64,000 bases of DNA from Gemmatimonadales bacterium. GTDB lineage: Bacteria; Gemmatimonadota; Gemmatimonadetes; Gemmatimonadales; GWC2-71-9. A program made the position numbers and the translations under genes. Of this stretch, positions 60,416 to 64,000 are shown piece by piece; the stretch's first letter is position 1, and each line of letters begins with the position of its first letter. The notes below the pieces were generated by a model. It saw nothing but the letters and a program-made list of their open reading frames with translations. It made no database searches and was not told the DNA's origin. The stretch spans positions 5,842 to 69,841 of the forward strand of contig JAWKQJ010000008.1 in NCBI GenBank assembly GCA_041390205.1. The letters run 5' to 3'.

Positions 60416-62413
60416 GCTGCGCACCGGCCGCCGCCGCGGAACGGGCCGCCACCCTCCGACAACAGATCGAGCGAGCCAACCGCCTCTACTAGCGTCGAGG
60501 ACGCCTCGAGATCACCGACGAGGAGTGGGACCGGTTTCTTCACGAGCTGAAAGAGCTGGAAACCCGGTATCCCGACCGCCACGCCCGGGACAGTCCCACC
60601 CACCGGTCGGGATGGCGCCTCAATCGGCGCTCAGCACCCACCGCCGGCCGATGCTGTCGCTGGCGAACGCCTTCAGCCCCGAGGAGCTGGCGGCGTGGGA
60701 AGAGCGGAACGCGCGGCTCAACCCGACGCCCTCGCGGGCATTACGCCACCGAGATCAAGATCGACGGCGCCGCCGTCAACCTGACCTACCGAAGGGGCGG
60801 TTCGAGGTCGGGGCCACCCGCGGCAACGGGGTGATCGGCGAGGACGTCACCCCGAACCTCAAGACCGTGTCCACCCCGCTGGTGCCGCGGGCCGCGGGCA
60901 CCCGGAGCTGATGGAGGTACGAGGCGAGGTTCATTCCCTGCTGCGGAACGCCTTCGCCAAGCTGAACGCGCGCCGGGAGGCCGAGGGCGAGCCGCTCTTC
61001 GCCAACCCGAGAAACGCCGCCGCAGGCGCGCTCCGCCAGCTCGACCCCGCGGTCACCGCCCGGCGTCGACTCCGGCTCTTCGTGTTCCAGGCCGAAGTGA
61101 TCGAGGGTCGCTGGGAGCGGAAGACGCACACGGAAACTTCCTCGAAACAGCTGGCCGAGTGGGCTTCCCGATCGAGGAGCACCACCGGTCCTTCGCCTCA
61201 CTCGCGGAAGTCCAGGCGCGATCCCCGAGTACGAAACGCTCCTCCCGACCCTGCCCTTCGGCGCTGACGGGTGGTGGTCAAGGTGGACCGGCTCGCCTGG
61301 GAGGACCTCGGCGCGGGCCGGCGGGCGCGAGCCTGCCGGCAGATCGCTCCTCGGCAAGTTCGGCGGCCGAGGGTGCGGGTCGCCAGTTGTTGGACATCCG
61401 GGTCAACGCCGACGTACCGGCGCCTCACCGTACGCCGTCGAGCCGGTGGAGGTGGCTGGCGTCACTCGCCCGAACGCCACGCTCGCCAACGAGGACCTGA
61501 TCGCCCAGAAGGACATCCGGATCGGCGACGTCGGTCGAGGAACTGGGCGGGCGAGGTCATCCCTCGTGTGATCGGTCCAGCACCTGGAGCGGCGCGCGAC
61601 GGCAGCGAGCGCCCCTTCTCGATGCCGACGAAGTCTGAAGCCTGCGGCACCAAGACGGTGCGGCCCCCCGACGAAGCGATGCGCTACTGCCCGAACGCCG
61701 CCTGTTCCGGCCGGATCTAGCGAGGGCCCACTTCGCCTCGCGCGGGCGCGATGGACATCCGCGGGCTGGGCTACGAGCGGGTCGGGCAGCTGCTCAACAG
61801 GCGGGTTCGATCGCGGACCTGAGCGACCTCTACCGCCTGACCGTCGACCAGCTGGTGGCGCTGGACGTTCGCCGACCAGTCGGCGACTCAGTCGGTCGAG
61901 GCGATCGCGGCGTCGCGGGAGCGGCCGCTCGCTGCTGCTCTTCGGGCTCGGGATCCGGCACGTGGGCAAGACGGTGGCCCAGCTGCTCGCGCGGCGGTTC
62001 GGGACGCTCGACGCGCTGGCCGCCGCCACCGCCGAGGAGGTCGCGGCGGTCAACGGCGTCGGACCGACCATCGCCGACGCGGTAGTGGAGTTCTTCGCCA
62101 ACCGCTCGAACGCCGCGTTGATCGAGCGGCTCCGCGAGGCCGGCCTCGACTTCACCGAGCCGCGGGCCGCGGCCGCCACCGGCCCGATGGCCGGACAGAC
62201 GGTGGTGCTGACCGGCACCCTCCAGAGCCTCTCCCGCGGCGAGGCCACCGCCCTGATCGAGGCCGCGGGGCCGGGTGAGCGTAGCGTGAGCAAGAAGACC
62301 TCGCTGGTCGTCGCCGGCGCCGAGGCGGGAGGCAAGCTCGAGAAGGCGCAGGCCCTCGGTCTTCACCGTGATCGACGAGGCGGAGCTACAGCCCGTCGGG
62401 AAAGGTCCCTTAG
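60412..62413 (+). pseudogene. ligA: NAD-dependent DNA ligase, roughly 15 or more frameshifts
   Basis: Recognisable pieces in all frames: [209 protein letters not shown]. Confidence 0.85.
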
Positions 62414-62422
62414 CTTCCCCGC

Positions 62423-62960
62423 ATGTCTACCGTGCTCTCGGTTCCCCGCCTGACGGTCGGCCGCGCCACCATCAACCAGCTGCGCCAGGTGCTCGAGCGG
62501 GCGTTCCCGCCGAGGCGGCTCAGCTGGTTCGGGAGTGTCGTTCTCGGCCGGCGCCGGTGGCCTACGACGGCTTTGCCGGACTGGTGCTCGACCCGCTACG
62601 GCGTCGAATCGCCACAGGGCCTCGACTCCCGCTACCTGAGCGAAGCCCTCGGCGGCTTCTTCCGTGACGACGGCTGGGGCACGGCCAGCACCGAGATCGT
62701 GGCCCCCGGCATCCTCGCCTTCGACACTCCCGACTGGTTCGAGGCAGAGCCGCGCGACGCCGACTATCCCTGCTGCCACTTCAGCGCCGGGATGCTCTCC
62801 GACTTCTTCACCCGGCTGTCGGGACAGGCCGCCGCGGTGCTCGAGGTGGAGTGCCGGGCCACCGGACAGGCCCGCTGTCGCTACCTGGTCGGCAGCCCCG
62901 AGATGCTCACCTGGGTGTACGAGGGGGGACGGGCCGACGGCGCCTCGCACGGGGAGATGA
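62423..62960 (+). pseudogene. V4R (4-vinyl reductase-like) domain protein, probably frameshifted
   Basis: PCCHFSAGMLSDFFTRLSGQAAAVLEVECRATGQARCRYLVG is the V4R signature. N-terminal pieces (AEAAQLVREC, YDGFAG) sit in another frame. As given, the ORF runs to 63121 with a low-complexity tail antisense to the next gene. A 1-nt shift gives a stop at 62960, abutting the convergent stop. Confidence 0.45.
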
Positions 62961-64000
62961 TCAGCCGCGCGCGGCCGAGCGGCGCCGGGGTCGAAGCAAG
63001 ACGGGGTGGGCTTTCGCCCACCCCGTCGTCGTTTTCGGGGAGCCCGCGGCTACCGGCCGCCGCCCGCGCCGCGCCTTCCAGGCCGCCAGCACCTTCGCGT
63101 CCCGCTCCAGCTGCAGGTTGAGCTTGGCCTGCCGGTCGGCGGGCTGCTCCTTGAACCAGTCGAGGGTCTCCGCCGCCGTCACGGCGAGGGGCCGGAACTT
63201 GAGCCCAGCCGCGACCGCCTTGTGGGAGCGCACCTTCGAGATCCCACGGAAGGGGCTGTCCTGCGGAATCCAGATCGGGTACCGCACCTGGTTGTCGGTC
63301 AGGAACTTGGTGTCGATCCACTCGAAGTGGACCGGGGTGCTGGTCACGGCCCGGATCCCGTAGAGGAACTGGTCCATCGCCCTCGAGCGCCGGGCCGGCC
63401 GTGTTGAAGGTGCCTGGGATGTCGTTCTCGAGGCAGTGACCGTGAACTCGGCCAGATCGCGCGTCGATGAACTGGCACGGTCGGCTGGGTTGCCGGGGCG
63501 ATCACGCCGCCGCCCTTGTCGATCCGCACCGGCCAGAAGGTGAAGCGGTCGGTCGGGTCGCCCGGGCCTCGCCACGACGTGCAGCCGAGCACGGTCGACC
63601 GGGGCCGTAGCTCCCGCACCGCCTCGCAGAGGATCTGAGCGGGCTGTAGTACTTGTTGACGTCCTCGCTCTTGGGGTCCTCGATCGGGGAGCAGGTCACC
63701 CTTCGGTGATCTCGTCCTGATCGAACTTGTAGACCGATCCGGTGGAGATGAAGAGGTAACGCCCGACGTGGTCCTTGAGCAGGTCGGCCGAGTCGCGGAC
63801 GTGGCGCGGAACGTAGCCCGAGTTGTCCACCACGGCGTCCCACTCGCCGCCCTTGAGGGCGTCGAGCTGCCGTCGCGGTCGCCGACGAAGGTCTCGGCGC
63901 CCGGGAACATGTCGGGCGCCGTCCGGCCGCGATTAGAGGCTCACCTTGTGGCCCCGGCACATCGCGTAGCGAACCATGTGCGGTCCGATGAATCCGGTCC
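62961..64000 (-). pseudogene. NAD-dependent epimerase/dehydratase family protein (partial at window edge, frameshifted)
   Basis: The C-terminal FEWIDTKFLTDNQV..SHKAVAAGLKFRPLAVTAAETLDWF is in one frame. DRFTFWPVRIDKGGGVIAPA, YLFISTGSVY and GFIGPHMVRYAM are in others. The start lies beyond 64000. Confidence 0.5.

Noticed and set aside
57101-62413. Genuine pseudogenisation or genome decay of deoA, ligA and their neighbours (and likewise gyrB and uvrA).
   Set aside because: These are essential genes. The damage is limited to 1-nt indels, often in homopolymers, with otherwise pristine motifs and a patchy distribution. That pattern fits sequence error far better than biology. It remains testable with reads.

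Overview
Very GC-rich bacterial chromosomal window (G+C not computed, by eye well above 65%). It holds about 65 genes. The gene families (ADOP-like duplicated FtsX permease, CarboxypepD_reg TonB-dependent receptor, CxCGC-type CcmH) suggest a Gemmatimonadota- or Acidobacteriota-like genome, but that is inference only. I recognised no rRNA, tRNA, CRISPR array, transposase or integrase. All family calls come from reading the supplied translations and remembering family motifs; no search was run.

Layout:
- 0-5.4 kb (minus strand): DUF1611 gene, then pspA, a ybjN-like gene and an array of EIGHT tandem, translationally chained small membrane/coiled-coil paralogs. This array is my top candidate for an undescribed system.
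- 5.4-8.7 kb: orphan FtsX permease, SDR, UDG-family gene.
- 8.8-16.8 kb: fused phosphatase/GT20 synthase resembling glucosylglycerol-phosphate synthase, a Na+/solute symporter, and a class III aminotransferase / AMP-ligase / ornithine-cyclodeaminase trio.
- 16.9-20.7 kb: small accessory genes, including an ArsR-SRPBCC pair.
- 20.8-23.6 kb: uvrA.
- 23.7-28.5 kb: coupled TPR / transglutaminase-like / ABC unit.
- 28.6-32.3 kb: trans-sulfuration PLP enzyme, orphan lipoprotein, CPBP protease.
- 32.3-36.0 kb: ccmE-F-H plus a zinc-ribbon gene. CcmE carries Cys in place of the heme-binding His.
- 36-42 kb: glpK, enoyl-CoA hydratase, recF, DUF721, gyrB.
- 42-56 kb: one roughly 14-kb co-directional minus-strand train. 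It runs HK/LytTR regulator, three tandem secreted double-rhodanese sulfurtransferases, split YeeE/YedE, a Cys-less rhodanese, a MOCOS-type NifS-like enzyme, then a Cys/His-rich small protein, TonB receptor, CopC, BNR lipoprotein and MATE.
- 56-64 kb: HTH regulator, deoA, ligA and other genes.

Sequence quality: reading frames are broken by 1-nt indels, several of them in homopolymer runs. The breaks come in patches (about 14.68 kb, 18.8-19.7 kb, 21.54 kb, 22.96 kb, 37.46 kb, 39.5-40.8 kb, and densely across 57.1-64 kb) and hit essential genes (gyrB, ligA, uvrA). That points to sequence or assembly error rather than gene decay.
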